From Malacoraja senta (lineage: Eukaryota), in assembly GCA_038087875.1 (NCBI GenBank), contig CM075978.1:179986001-180050000 (forward strand): a DNA stretch of 64,000 nucleotides, read 5' to 3'. Of this stretch, positions 1-11,250 are shown one piece after another. Numbering within the stretch: the stretch's first letter is position 1; every line of letters begins with the position of its first letter. The notes below the pieces were generated by a model. That model did not search any database, was not told the origin of the DNA, and was given only the letters and a program-made list of their open reading frames with translations. Both the position numbers and the translations under genes were made by a program.

Positions 1-84
1 AATCTGACGATGACGAAAGAGATTTTGGCGTAAAAGCAATAATTCCACAAACATTGTTTAATGTTGTGAACACAAATTATAGTT

Positions 85-310
85 TAGTTTAGATATACAG
101 CGGGGAAACAGGCCCTTCGGCCCACCGGGTCCGCGCCGACCAGCGATCCCCGCATATTAACACTATCCTACACCCACTTGGAACAATTTTTACATTTACT
201 AAGCCAATTAACCTACAAACATTTACGTGTTTGGAGTGTGGGAGGAAACCGAGGATCTCGGAGAAACCCCACACAGGTCACGGGGACAACGTACAATCTC
301 CGTACAGAGT
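85..310 (-). mobile_element. Elasmobranch HE1-like SINE fragment
   Basis: Recognised from memory as HE1/V-SINE body with CR1-type tail (gggcctgtttccc...) ending in (ctaaa)n on the minus strand. Confidence 0.65.
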
Positions 311-589
311 TTGTAACTTTACATTTGTGTCCTGCTCAGATTACTTTAACGGAAATGTAAACGTTTAAGAGAGGAGGATGTTGTATTATAATATTTTGCA
401 TAATTGTTGTTGTGGCATACAATTTAAGCACCACGCACTTGGCGGCTGGGCACTGACGTCATGTGAGCAGAGAGTGCAGAAGCCATTCAATGTGAACCAC
501 GACCACAAAATGCCGTTTCGATTCCTTTTCTTTCGTCTTCGCAACCACAACTCATAATATGGATAGGCGACTGGTTGGGTCAGGACCAT

Positions 590-980
590 TCTTCAGACTG
601 ATAATAGTAGGGAAGAAACCTTGAAGAGAGGTGGGGGCGGGACAAAACCAGGCAAATGATATGTGGATACGGGTGAAGGAGTCAGTGTATGTGTTATCTC
701 CTTACCTCACTACCTTTTCTCTATTGATGTGTGGCATTTATCCAGTCATCTGCCAATTACCTCCCACTCTCTTCATCTGTATCCAACTACCACGTGCCTC
801 CCCAATCCTTCTTCCAGCTCCACCGCACCACCACCGCTACTATCAATCTGAAGATAGGTCCCGACCCGCAACATCGCATACCCACGTTCTGCTGAGATGC
901 TCCCTGGTCCACTGAGTTACTCAAGCACCATATGTCTCTCTTTGTAAACCAGCATCTGCAGTCCCATGTATCTACAACGT
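590..980 (+). mobile_element. Penelope-derived 3' fragment
   Basis: tctgaagatagg...cccgacccg...ctgagttactc...cagcatctgcagt tail, repeated many times in the window. Confidence 0.55.
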
Positions 981-1959
981 TTTAACAGTCTCTGAAATAT
1001 AAGCCTTTGCGTTCTGATGTAAATATGAGCAATATGCGGCAAGTGCGGAGAATGTTGATTATCTTGTCGCGTTGAATATAAAACGTTACACAGACCAATA
1101 CTCTAGTTTGTACCAAATTCATTCTGCTGACAAAAGCTGTGAATCACTTTTATTTGGGAAATTGATTCATTTGAATGTGATTCTGCAGGGTCGGGGATAT
1201 CGATATTCAGAAGCTCGATTCATAGGTTTTCATTCCCAGCATCAATACGTTTTCTGCCGCTTCAACTGTTCTTTTAAAAAAACTAAAGTTCAATCATTCA
1301 ATGTTGACATCTGATGCGTCTGAACTGGAACATGTGCAATTGAAAATTACATTTTCAACAACAAATTAGTTGGTACGTTTAGGGAGATGTTGAAATAGCT
1401 GACGTAGTGGTGGCGTAGCTGGAAGAGTTGCTTCCTCACAGCGTTAGAGACTCGGGTTCGATCCGAACCCAGCACAGATAAATGTTCCACTGATTGGTGC
1501 AACACGCTTGAGGCGACTAATTGTGTTTTGGGAAGCCAGGGTGTGGAGTGTGGAGAAGGTTACAAATATATCAAGAAGCAACGGTTAGTGGTAGAAACAA
1601 ATATTTTAATATTTTCATTATTATTTTAGGAGTATTCTCAATACCATCTCGAAACATACGTTAATTCAGGTAGCAAAATAATTATGGAGACCCAAGGAAC
1701 TGTGGCTGCTGGAATCTTGAGCGAAACGCAAAGTGCTAGAGTATCTCAGCAAGCAGTTAGCATCAGTGGAGGGAATAGATAGCGACGTTTTGGATGGGGA
1801 CATTTCTCACTCACTCCTTCCCACCTAACTCACCCCTCTCAAACCACTTTCCCCGGCAACTGTTGGAGTTACTGCAACTCCTCAATCACTTGCAACAAGG
1901 AACTCAGCAGCCATTACAGGCGAGAAAGCCTTTTGCATTTGTTGTACGAGATGTGGCCT

Positions 1960-2660
1960 CTTTAACATCGGTGACACCAAGCGTAGGTAATAGTTTCGCC
2001 AAAGCCGGCTGGAGGTCCCAGTTGCGTTCTAATTTCGCTCCCCCTCCTTGAATGTCCTTACCACCTCCGTTACCAGAGCGAGGCCACTTGCAATGGAACA
2101 GCGGCACATATTCCGCTTGGGTGACTTACAATCCAACTGTATGAATATTGAATTGTCCAATTTAATGTGTTACCTAACTACCAGATCTCTTTCTCCTGTA
2201 CACCCCTCTCCCAATTCCTTGCGCTCTCATCTCTCCCACAATCTCCCAATACCCTAGACCCATAGTCCTTCCCTAACGCGTACACACAACCCCATCCCCT
2301 AGTCGAATTTCCTTCCTCTTACCCCATCCCCTATCACCCATAATCCCACCCTCTGCCTTTACATTTCGCCCCACCCTCCTTCTTTCCTGACACACTTTTA
2401 TCTCATTTTCAACGCTAGCTGCTGTCACTATCAAGATCTATCAGCCAATAACCCCCACCCACACTCACCAATAGTCACACATCACTTCCCAGTCTTTGTC
2501 CCACCTCCAACTCTCTTTTCCTACTCTATCCCCCCCCCACCTTTGTACCCCACTCATCTCTCTGATGAAGGGTCCGACCGGAAACAGCGTCCAGCCATTC
2601 TCTCCACAGATGTTACATGCCCCGCTGCGTCCCTCTAGCTCTTGGTGTTTTGCTCGACAT
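1960..2660 (+). mobile_element. Penelope-like element fragment (GIY-YIG C-terminus and tail)
   Basis: EQRHIFRLGDLQSNCMNIELS resembles EEQHLLLRLGSLHPSGMNIDFS at 63.2 kb. Confidence 0.6.
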
Positions 2661-3419
2661 CTTTAGCAGCTGCAGTTTATCTCAAATTGCCATGATGCAT
2701 GTGCACCGACACCTGAGAATTGCGAAAGAAGGCTAAAGTAGTGGCATTTAAAAAAGTTTAATAAATGGCGAAGTGCATACGAAGATACATATACTTTTGC
2801 ACGTATCTCGTGGTTCATGCGTTATGTGTATATATACGCTCAGCTTCAGTTTGATTTTTGTTTCGAACAGATCTATGCAAAATAGTTTAAAAAAATAGAA
2901 CGAGTGGAACTAATTAGACTGTCTTAAAGATTCAAGTCACAGTGGAGTTAAGAAACAGTGCAACAGAAAATAACGCTTAGATTCAACCTTCAGAGTGACC
3001 ATTAAAACGTGTGCGTGTTGTTTATCAACTTTTGTTATGCAACGCCCAGTATAGTGTTGCAATTAACCTATATATTTGAAATTTGAACTGCAGATCTGTA
3101 CTGTTGTAACAAGCTGCGGATAGATTAAGTTACAAGACACTTAGAAGTTGACAAAGTAATCCCCGAATAATTTTAAAATTGGTATAGCCGCGCGGCAGAA
3201 TATCGTAAAACAAAAAGGTCTATTTTTCTGCTTGGATGCACAGAATGACATGCATTTGGGGATGACGAGGAGCTTCACTGTTTGAGGTGTGAATTGTAAT
3301 TTCAGTCCTCCGACATGTTGATGATTGCTGTTTTTTTTCATTTTCCATTGGATCGGTATTGTTAATGTGTCTCCACCATAAATCAAAGTCGAGCGAGAAA
3401 TCGGAAACCGTGCCACTGA

Positions 3420-3512
3420 TTATTCGATTCTCGTTTCTCTCCGCGCATATTCTTGCTCGTTTTGGATTTCTCCTGAGGCGCTCAATCCGCCGTCGTCAGC
3501 AACTTGTTTTAT
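3420..3512 (-). CDS. Candidate terminal cytoplasmic exon of gene A: IKQVADDGGLSASGEIQNEQEYARRETRIE*
   Basis: Strong acceptor tttccttttcag; start ttttcag-ATAAAACAAG matches the gene B terminal exon ttttcag-GTAAAACAAG; phase 0. Needs a phase 1-to-0 exon upstream (candidate 6257-6178). Confidence 0.45.
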   Translation of the reverse strand: MKQVADDGGLSASGEIQNEQEYARRETRIE

Positions 3513-4889
3513 CTGAAAAGGAAACGCTTATAAATATCGACAACGATCTATTTTGTTACATTTTGGTTTGTTTCCAATGTACATTTTAAACACAGGAGAA
3601 CAATGTTGATGGCGAAACAAGGACAATGTCTGACCAAACATAGTCCCTTAAAAACCGCCGAATTACGGATAGTTGACGTTTTCTTTCCGAGCAACTAATC
3701 TGAAACCTGGATATGTTTCCTCTGCATTAAAATAGAAAAATTCATTAGACCAGTCAGCACCCTCTGGGAAGGAGCACCATTCAGATTTTCTAGGCTGCGT
3801 CGCTTCATCAGTTTAGTTGTTATTCGGAGAAAAGGCGAGGGAGCGACGTGTAGTACAAATTGCAAATTGCATTTGTAGAATGATTTAAAATGGCATCGAT
3901 ATCAGCACTTTACGGTTCTGCATTGTGTTATGTGCATTGTTAATGATGAGCTGGTGGGTTTGCCCTACCTATTATAACTTAATAAATAGTGTATGAACAA
4001 CTGAACTAGTATTATATAAAAAATGAATAAAGGAATTTCTGGAATTGCACATTAGGTTTAGCTTGTATTTGATACAATTAACCCTATAGAAATATTATGG
4101 GGTCCACCGAGAATATGCGCAGGAGGTAAACCTTCTGGTGTTGACGACCTTGTCAGCATCTTAAAGCTATTCACAGATTCTAAACATAACGGTTTCGACG
4201 AAGGTACCCAATTGTCATCTGCGTTTTTTTGCCGAATGATCTTCCCAATTTTATTTTCTCTCCCCATAGCCACATATACTGATTTCAATATTTATCAATA
4301 CACTACTCGACAGATGCGTCCGATCGTTCATTACTTCGAAGAAATAGCTTTGACTGTTTGCAACAATGCATATTTCCACTTATGCCTCTTCCCGAAATCA
4401 ATATATACACTTACCAACTTTCCATGGCCAACGATCCTTTTGTATTTACCTTGAAACGGACGATATTTAATTAATAACAATGGTTAAAATCTTCACTCTA
4501 TTTACCATTTCTGATCGTTTAATATTTTTTATAATGAACATAAAACATAATATGAAATTAGATTTTATTCGGGCAGAGCAATGAATTTTGGCAAAGAGTA
4601 GACGGCTACATAGATGCTCCGTGAATTTTGCTGGCATCGCTAACTGACAGAATGAAAGTGGTGAATTTTCTGGCATTTTCAATCTCCCTGGCATTTTGCA
4701 AACTCTTCGGTGCAAATGTCTAAACAACGCTTAAAAGAAAATCAATAGATTGTCGAGCTAAATTGATAATCCGCTGGTATTTAAGTCATGGGATTGAACC
4801 ATCCCACCATGCAGTACCGTTCTATTCTTTTGGTTTATATGATCCATTCTGACTATTAACAAAGAAGCTCCAACGTACGACATACGCTC

Positions 4890-5710
4890 ATCCAATTCAA
4901 AACATTACATAGACTATATTATTCCAAAACTAAATTAAATAAAATCTTTCCTAATGTTTCACCAATCTGTGATAAATGTCTATGTCAAGAAGCTACCATA
5001 GCGCATTCTTTTGTTTTTTGTACAAAAATCCAAAATTTTTGGTATGAAATATTTGATATTTTCTCAAAATGAATTAAAAATAAAACTGGTACCAAACCAG
5101 AATGGATCATTTTTTGGAATATCGGAAGGTATCCCTGAATTAAACGTGTATCAGAAGAACTTATTCAATTACGGGCTAATAATGGGAAAAAGGCTCATAC
5201 TTAAATTCTGGAAAAATGCGCCCACACCAACAATAAAAATGTGGACATCAAATATGTTGGAAACATTACATCTGGAAGAGATGAGATTCCTCTTAGCAGG
5301 GAAAGCAGACCAATTCAAAAAGACGTGGTCTACGTTTTTGGACCTATTACAAGCATGAGGTGCAATAGTAATTTAAAATATAAATAAATAAAGAAATGGT
5401 ATCAGGACCTGGTAATGGGAGGTAAAACAATAAAAACAGACTTGGTCGGTGGTTCCCTTTCTGCGATTGTTCCTACTTTCTTTTTCTTTCTTTTCTAGGA
5501 TCTACTTTCTTACTTTACTTCCTTCTCTAACTTCTTTTCTAAGGGGCTTTCTTTTCACAACACTCTCTTGCACCTCACGACTCTTGCACACTTTCTTTAC
5601 TTTTCTTACTTCTATCTTTCTCTTAAAGCTCAAAAAAATGAAGCTGTATAAAAAATGTATTAAGATATAAGTGTTGTGTATTACTGTAATTTACCGTACT
5701 TCTAATAAAA
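4890..5710 (+). mobile_element. L1-clade LINE 3' fragment
   Basis: Homologous to the 3' end of the L1 at 36.0-36.8 kb (CDKC, LILKFWKNAPTPT, 3' UTR, aataaaaataa). Confidence 0.85.
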
Positions 5711-6177
5711 ATAATTTAATTTTTTTTTTTTTTTTAAACAAAGAAGTTCCGAGTTCCCATAGAAGACAAGCACTGATCTTTCTCAGTCCCATGGATCTGT
5801 GTTACCAAAATATGTCATCCCTGAAGCGTCTGCTCCGTGGTATAACAGTAATATTAATGTATAGAAAATATTATTTTTTCCATCTTGCCCTTTCAAAAGG
5901 TAAGGGTCCCTTATAACTTTAGGGTATAATGTCTACGTTTACTTCCAGTTATTGAGGGACAGATTTGAAAAAGGCAAATGCCGTGGGTTGGAATCCAACT
6001 GAGTCCTAACCGGGTAAAACACCGTTTGTCTCTAATGGACTTTAAACGACCACTTCATGTGCTACAAATGCTCTGCCGTTTCATAATCTCTTGTATTTTG
6101 TCGATACCTGGACTGTAAATAAAACGTTTAAATCATAGATCAAATTAGCGAAGTATCGTATCAGAATTTACTCCTAC

Positions 6178-6257
6178 CTTCACAATTATAAACCGAGGTA
6201 TTCCGATTGTGGCCATCATAAATAAAACATTAACACGCCGTTTTGTCTGACACTGAA
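6178..6257 (-). CDS. Candidate cytoplasmic exon of gene A (phase 1 to 0): FQCQTKRRVNVLFMMATIGIPRFIIVK
   Basis: Acceptor ttgtcttgcag, donor AAG|GTAGGA, 80 nt and open; no homology to gene B, so it may be chance. Confidence 0.25.
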
Positions 6258-6855
6258 CTGCAAGACAATGCGGATTATAGCATTGAGTAACTGGGGATTC
6301 TGGGTCATATTACTAAACCATAACTTCTCGAATAAGCTTTGGGAATTTTTCGCCATACGGGATGAATTTCAAGATACATTAACTGGCGATAATCCCCTGC
6401 GATTATGTAAAGATTTGTTGAAAGGAATTGTGCGTGGTATTAGGTGGATAGAAATGGCTTTCATTATCTGAGATTGTTTTTAGCTTTTGCCTTTCCCAAA
6501 TTATGCTGGAAATGTGAATTCAAGAACTGCCTTCGGTTTTGTTTGCGGTCGTTTCACAGGGCACGGGAATCCACAGCAAGGCGCATTCTCGAAATTGTAT
6601 GAATCGGTCATTTGGATTCCAATCATAATATATCCCTGAAAGTCGAGATTTCTCACTGTACATTACCACAAAACTAGTTTCCTTGACTTTCGTATGCATC
6701 CTTAAATTATATTTATGAGCTTAGTTACCATTTGCGTGATTTTAATAGCGTGGAACCACGGAGCAGCAATATGACCAAACAATTCAATTACTTATCAGTG
6801 AAGTCGACAGGGACCTCAGTGAATACGAAATATAAATTATAAGCATAATACTTAC

Positions 6856-6951
6856 AGTTATTCTTCAGTTTGCAGAATCCGACAATGACAGTCATAATGA
6901 ACAAAAATGCGATTACAACCGCCGAACGGACAGAACTCCAGATGACTGTTT
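6856..6951 (-). CDS. Gene A exon 4, transmembrane ETVIWSSVRSAVVIAFLFIMTVIVGFCKLKNN
   Basis: 96 nt, acceptor aacttgcag, donor CT|GTAAGT, phase 1 in and out; hydrophobic stretch with Arg, then basic stop-transfer residues. Confidence 0.85.
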
Positions 6952-9900
6952 CTGCAAGTTTAGAATGGCAGATACTGAATTCTACTTTGAGCCGACCATT
7001 GTTTGTTTTAAAGAATCTCTTTAGAATTTGGTGATTTGCTATCGCTCATAATTACATGCAAAAAACATTCTGCTTGAATCTGATATTAGAAACAACGTTG
7101 TCCCGAAGAGTGAGAATGAATAAATTGCCATCTGTACCGGATGCCGTAAATTACTTTAAGCGAGTTTAATTTCAGACGAATAAGTAGGGGGGAGGAGGAT
7201 GGGGGTGGAGTGGATATATTTCTTCACTTTTAATTGGAATGCAGCAGCACACAAAGCTCCAACGTCTTAGGGAAGTGCTGATTTGGTTGAGGTCCAAGGC
7301 AAATCTTCTTTCCCTTATGTACAGTATCAAGGTGTACTTTTTCCAGACACGCCTGCAGATCTTAAAGATAATGAGCTACGGTCATTATCATATGGTAAAT
7401 ACGCTATAGTAAGTCCCAGGGCGCCCTGTCCTCTAAAAAACGTTCAGTGATTGGCAATAAATCGCTCCCCATCATCGCCCCCCACATGCAGTTATTATAT
7501 TGAGTGAAACAGCACGGAAACCGGCCCTTGGCCCAGCACGTCTATGCCGATCAAAATACCTCACAATACCAGAATAGGAGTAATTGCTGAAACCCACCAT
7601 ACGGCGCTTGACCAGAAACAAGATATGAAACAGTTCCCTGCTTTAAATCCAAACAGGTTGGAAGGGACGACATTTTTTCTACACAGGATCACAAATCGGG
7701 ATGAATCCACAATGATAGGAATATGAATTCAATAAAGAGCTGCAAGTGGTTGTGTGTGGAGCAAAAATTAAAACCGCCCCCTCTAATTCGTTACCACAAT
7801 TTGAAAACAACAAATTTTGCGCGAATTTTCTGGAGAACTGAGTCGATACTATTTACGAGGATAGTATTATTTGCATTCCAATTTACATGATTTATCATCC
7901 ACAAACACAGAATTGAATCGTAGGTTGCAAAACGTCATAGTGTTTTTAAGTCATACCTTTGAAAACGACGTGGAATTTGCGACTTTGGTGGGAGATATGA
8001 GACACCAGATAAACGTAAATGTTTCCATTCGGCTCCGACTGTGTCACGGGCAATGAAGTAGAAACTGCGTACAGCCCTTCAGTATTTTTCTGTTTAACGT
8101 TATTAGTCTCAGTTCTAACTGCGGTACCATGTTTATGCCATACAAGAGTTCACTCGGGTGAAACTCGGCCGTTTCACAGACGTGAAGGGATAAAGGGAAT
8201 AAAGGCAGTAGTTGTGTGGGAAATAACTGCAGATGCTGGTTTAAACCGAAGATAGACACAAAATGCTGGAGTAACTCAGAGGGACAGGCAACATCTCTGG
8301 ATAGAAGGAATGGATGACATTTCGGGCTGTGACCCTTCTTCAGACAGAGAGAAAGAAGTAGCTTCCGAGCCTATTGCCCCCTGGCTTGTGAGGGGAACTT
8401 TCTGACAATTAGCTGAATTCTAGAACTTTTTTAAAAGAGTCTCCAAAATGAAAGGGATGCACCAATTTTGGGCAGTTCCTAGACATCTGTCAGCAAATTC
8501 AGTAGCAGACACTAAACAATGGATGTAGTATGAGGCTACGGGAGAATGCGTAGTAACGAGCAGACAATGCAAAATATTTCGAGCGAAAATGAATGCCATC
8601 CCTTCACATTTCGACAGTTACCTGAAATAGCGGGTCATTCTGGGACCCGTTAGAGACAGTGTTTACGATGATAGGAATGGCATTTGTCATCCTTTTAAAA
8701 CAAACGTTGTCAATATCAACACACTCAGATGTCAATAATAAGTTATAAAATTATACGGTGTTTCAAGTCATACCTTGGTCAGGTTTGCGAAGGGCGTGCG
8801 TGGCAATGGCGGGTCTTTGGAGGGAGATGTGCATCACCAGACAAATGTAAATATTCCCGTTGGCCTCCGACTGCGTCATGGGTATTGAACTGGAAGCCGT
8901 GTACAGCCCTTCACTATTTTTCTGTTTAATGGTATCAGCCTTAGCTGTAACAGCAACGCTATTTTTATACCATATAACGGTTAGATCACCCGGGTGAAAC
9001 TCGGCCGTTTTACAGACAAGCGTTGTAGCTGCAGATGAATTGCTCTCGGATATCCAGTTAAACTTCAGTGGAGTTGGAAGGGCTGTGGGGCAGAGTGCGA
9101 AAATATCATATTACTGGGATGAAATTAAGCAAAGACAGTAGGAGCATCTGGTTTAGAAATCCACATATTTTACCCGATCCCTTCAAGACAGAAGTTAACG
9201 AATTATTGATATCTGTTACCTCATACAGCGGAGCGCAATAACCGCAGCGGAAAGTTAATTTTGTTTCAACTCAACAAGCGTTCAATGACATGAAATGTGG
9301 AATCTTTTGGAGGTACAATTTATATTGATTTATGCTGGATCGTATTTGAAGGTGTGATGATCTCTTGATTGAAAGCTATTGTTACCTGTTTTGAAAGACA
9401 TCTTATTTGCTATATTTTTAAAATATATTTTCGGCATAATAATATCCATTGAACGTCGTAAATTCAATAAAACGAGCATAAAATTATATGGTTAGCAGTT
9501 TTCACATAATTTCATTGGGCCTTTCTCTCTCTCTCACAAATCGGAACTCTAATATAGAAATATAAATCTTGTGCAATATTATCGGCTATTCTGCTCACTT
9601 TTGTCACTCACCACATACTGTTAGTTCTGACCCTCTTCCTTCTCCCCTAATTTCCCCCTGACGCATGACTACACAGCGATAGTTTCCCGAATCCTGGTAG
9701 GTCGTGTTCAGCAAATCAAAATATCCGCCTGCTCTATTTTTGAAGGTGAATCGCTTTCTGCCATCAGCGTCGCTTTGTATATATTCATTCTCCCCCTGTT
9801 TTCGCCAACGCACTTCGATTCCCGAACTGTCATACGTAAGTGGGATTATGCAGTGAAAGGTGACGTTTGCTCCCTTCAATATAACCTTTCGTTCTGGAAT

Positions 9901-10164
9901 TTGGGTAACGTGGATCGCAGTTTCTTCAGCAGCTGTTGGAAAAACGTTTAAGATTTGGTTAATTATATTCAATGTAGTACCAACTCTTTAGATAATACAT
10001 TGGCATGAAAAACAAAACTAACAAAGACAAATAGAACAAATAGTTTTCACCAGTTAAGCCAGGAATAGTTTGGGATATTTTGGCATTTAGATAAGTCTAT
10101 ACGAGATCGTTCAAGTACCTGTGCAAATAATCACGGAGAGAGACAGAACCAGGACCAGAAACAT
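6856..10164 (-). CDS. Gene A: VJ-C1-TM Ig-superfamily receptor, activating type (TM Arg). Join 10164-10119, 9932-9612, 9082-8774, 6951-6856; cytoplasmic exons unresolved
   Basis: Four exons with GT-AG boundaries, all phase 1, splice into an open frame: signal peptide, V domain, C1 domain and hydrophobic TM containing Arg. Confidence 0.9.
7957..8185 (-). pseudogene. Relic C1-set exon in gene A intron 3
   Basis: Translates to VCETAEFHPSEL / VWHKHG...KQKNTEGLYAVSTSLPVTQSEPNGNIYVYLVSHIS with a frameshift, second Cys changed to Tyr and 5' part missing; keeps donor AG|GTATGA. Confidence 0.85.
8215..8345 (-). mobile_element. Penelope-type tail fragment
   Basis: aaatgctggagtaactcag...cccttcttcagac. 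Confidence 0.6.
8774..9082 (-). CDS. Gene A exon 3, Ig C1-set domain
   Basis: 309 nt, acceptor cccacag, donor AG|GTATGA; [32 protein letters not shown] match C1-set motifs. Confidence 0.93.
9612..9932 (-). CDS. Gene A exon 2, Ig V-set domain with joined J-like strand
   Basis: 321 nt, acceptor ttccaacag, donor TG|GTGAGT; B-strand Cys (TFHC), Trp (VRWRK), [17 protein letters not shown]. Confidence 0.95.
10119..10164 (-). CDS. Gene A exon 1, signal peptide MFLVLVLSLSVIICT
   Basis: ATG at 10164, 46 nt, donor AG|GTACTT, phase 1; hydrophobic leader; 3 differences from the gene B leader. Confidence 0.9.
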
Positions 10165-10251
10165 TGCAGTTTTAACATTCCGAGCAAATCATTCAACTGA
10201 TGCCTCACTACGATATTCACTCTAAGCAATGGTTACTTTGAAATGTGTTGC

Positions 10252-10313
10252 GATGACGTTTGGCGCGTTTTCTTACGTGGGTAGGACCACACTTCGCATT
10301 CGCTGGTGAAGGA
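10252..10313 (-). promoter_or_regulatory. Putative proximal promoter motifs of gene A (CACGTAAG, AACGTCA CRE-like half sites)
   Basis: Motifs 90-150 nt upstream of the ATG are also retained upstream of gene B and of the diverged relic leader. Confidence 0.35.
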
Positions 10314-10959
10314 ACATAAGTAAGAGTGCAGCATGTATAGGTAACAAAATAATGTTTCGGGGGTGTTTTTTGCAGGGCTAAAGGAGGTTTTTAAAAATAA
10401 TTGTAGAATTTAGATCTTAGATTGCAATTAAACTAGGGAATTATCAGAATTATCAGAGTTGGGGAATCCCTAAATGCCAGAGATCAGGGCGAGATTACAA
10501 AGAGAGTGATGGACAATTTGCGCCGATAATTACAAATCGTGCAGTAAATTAATCAAGGGATTCCTGTTTTACTGGACATCGTTGTGATTGATCTCGCATG
10601 GGGTGATATATTATTTTGCCATAATCGCAAATATATCCAAGTACAACAACAGATGGAAATGACAAGTCAGAATAGTAGAACTAAAAGGTAAAAGAACGTC
10701 ATAGCCGAATGCATCAGGGCCATTAAAGCAGAGGGAGAATCGGTGTTGGGATCAAGATTCATATTTTGTTGCTGTTGGCACATATATTGTTCACTGCTCA
10801 TCTAGATGTCAAATTTAACACCGTGTAGAGTCTACTTCAGTTTTCGACAGCTATCGGGAAGAATCGCATTTAGCGGGAATCCAGTTAGCGAACATAAAGT
10901 GGTTTTATTTGCATAGTTTTAGATTTTAATTGCGTAGATCGTCATGGAATGCGAGAATA

Positions 10960-11250
10960 TCTGTGAGCCCATCAATATAACCACTCTCTCCGGAATTTGA
11001 ATCACGTGGTTTCTTCGGCACCTGCTGCAAAAGCGTACCCAATTTGATTGTTAATATTCAGCGTGGAATGGTACACTCCAGATACATTTTGGCATGATTC
11101 ATTAAACAGCAACATATGGAAAAAAATTCTTCGCGCGGTTGAACCAGTAATTGTTCTGAGTATTCTGGCATTTAAAATAGTTTCAAAGAAAATATAAGGA
11201 TACCTGTATAAAAAAATCATCGAGAGAGACAGGAGCTGGAAGAGAAACAT
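10960..11250 (-). pseudogene. Relic leader exon plus truncated V exon of a third paralogue
   Basis: Leader-like MFLFQLLSLSMIFLY (11250-11204, 47 nt, wrong phase); then GAEE..HVIQIPERVVILMG with a 7-nt deletion and stop relative to the functional V exon. Confidence 0.8.

Larger units (their letters stand above)
8360..10975. repeat. Arm 1 of an inverted segmental duplication (partner about 48524-51380)
   Basis: Reverse complement aligns with the gene B upstream region, leader, V, C1 and post-C1 intron; identity varies along the arm. Confidence 0.9.

Noticed and set aside
1405-1470. tRNA gene (GGTTCGATCC B-box)
   Set aside because: No complete cloverleaf; looks like a tRNA-derived SINE head.
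2938-2976. CACAGTG heptamer as an RSS
   Set aside because: No acceptable nonamer at 12- or 23-nt spacing, and it is not next to a V or J segment. Other CACAGTG hits noticed lie in or beside repeats.
3141-3589. ORFs 3141-3416 (-) and 3359-3589 (+) as an additional Ig domain
   Set aside because: No Cys/Trp/DxGxYxC pattern at Ig spacing; this region overlaps the candidate gene A terminal exon and 3' UTR.
8729-8929. ORFs 8729-8929 (+) and 50701-50919 (-)
   Set aside because: Antisense shadows of the C1 exons.
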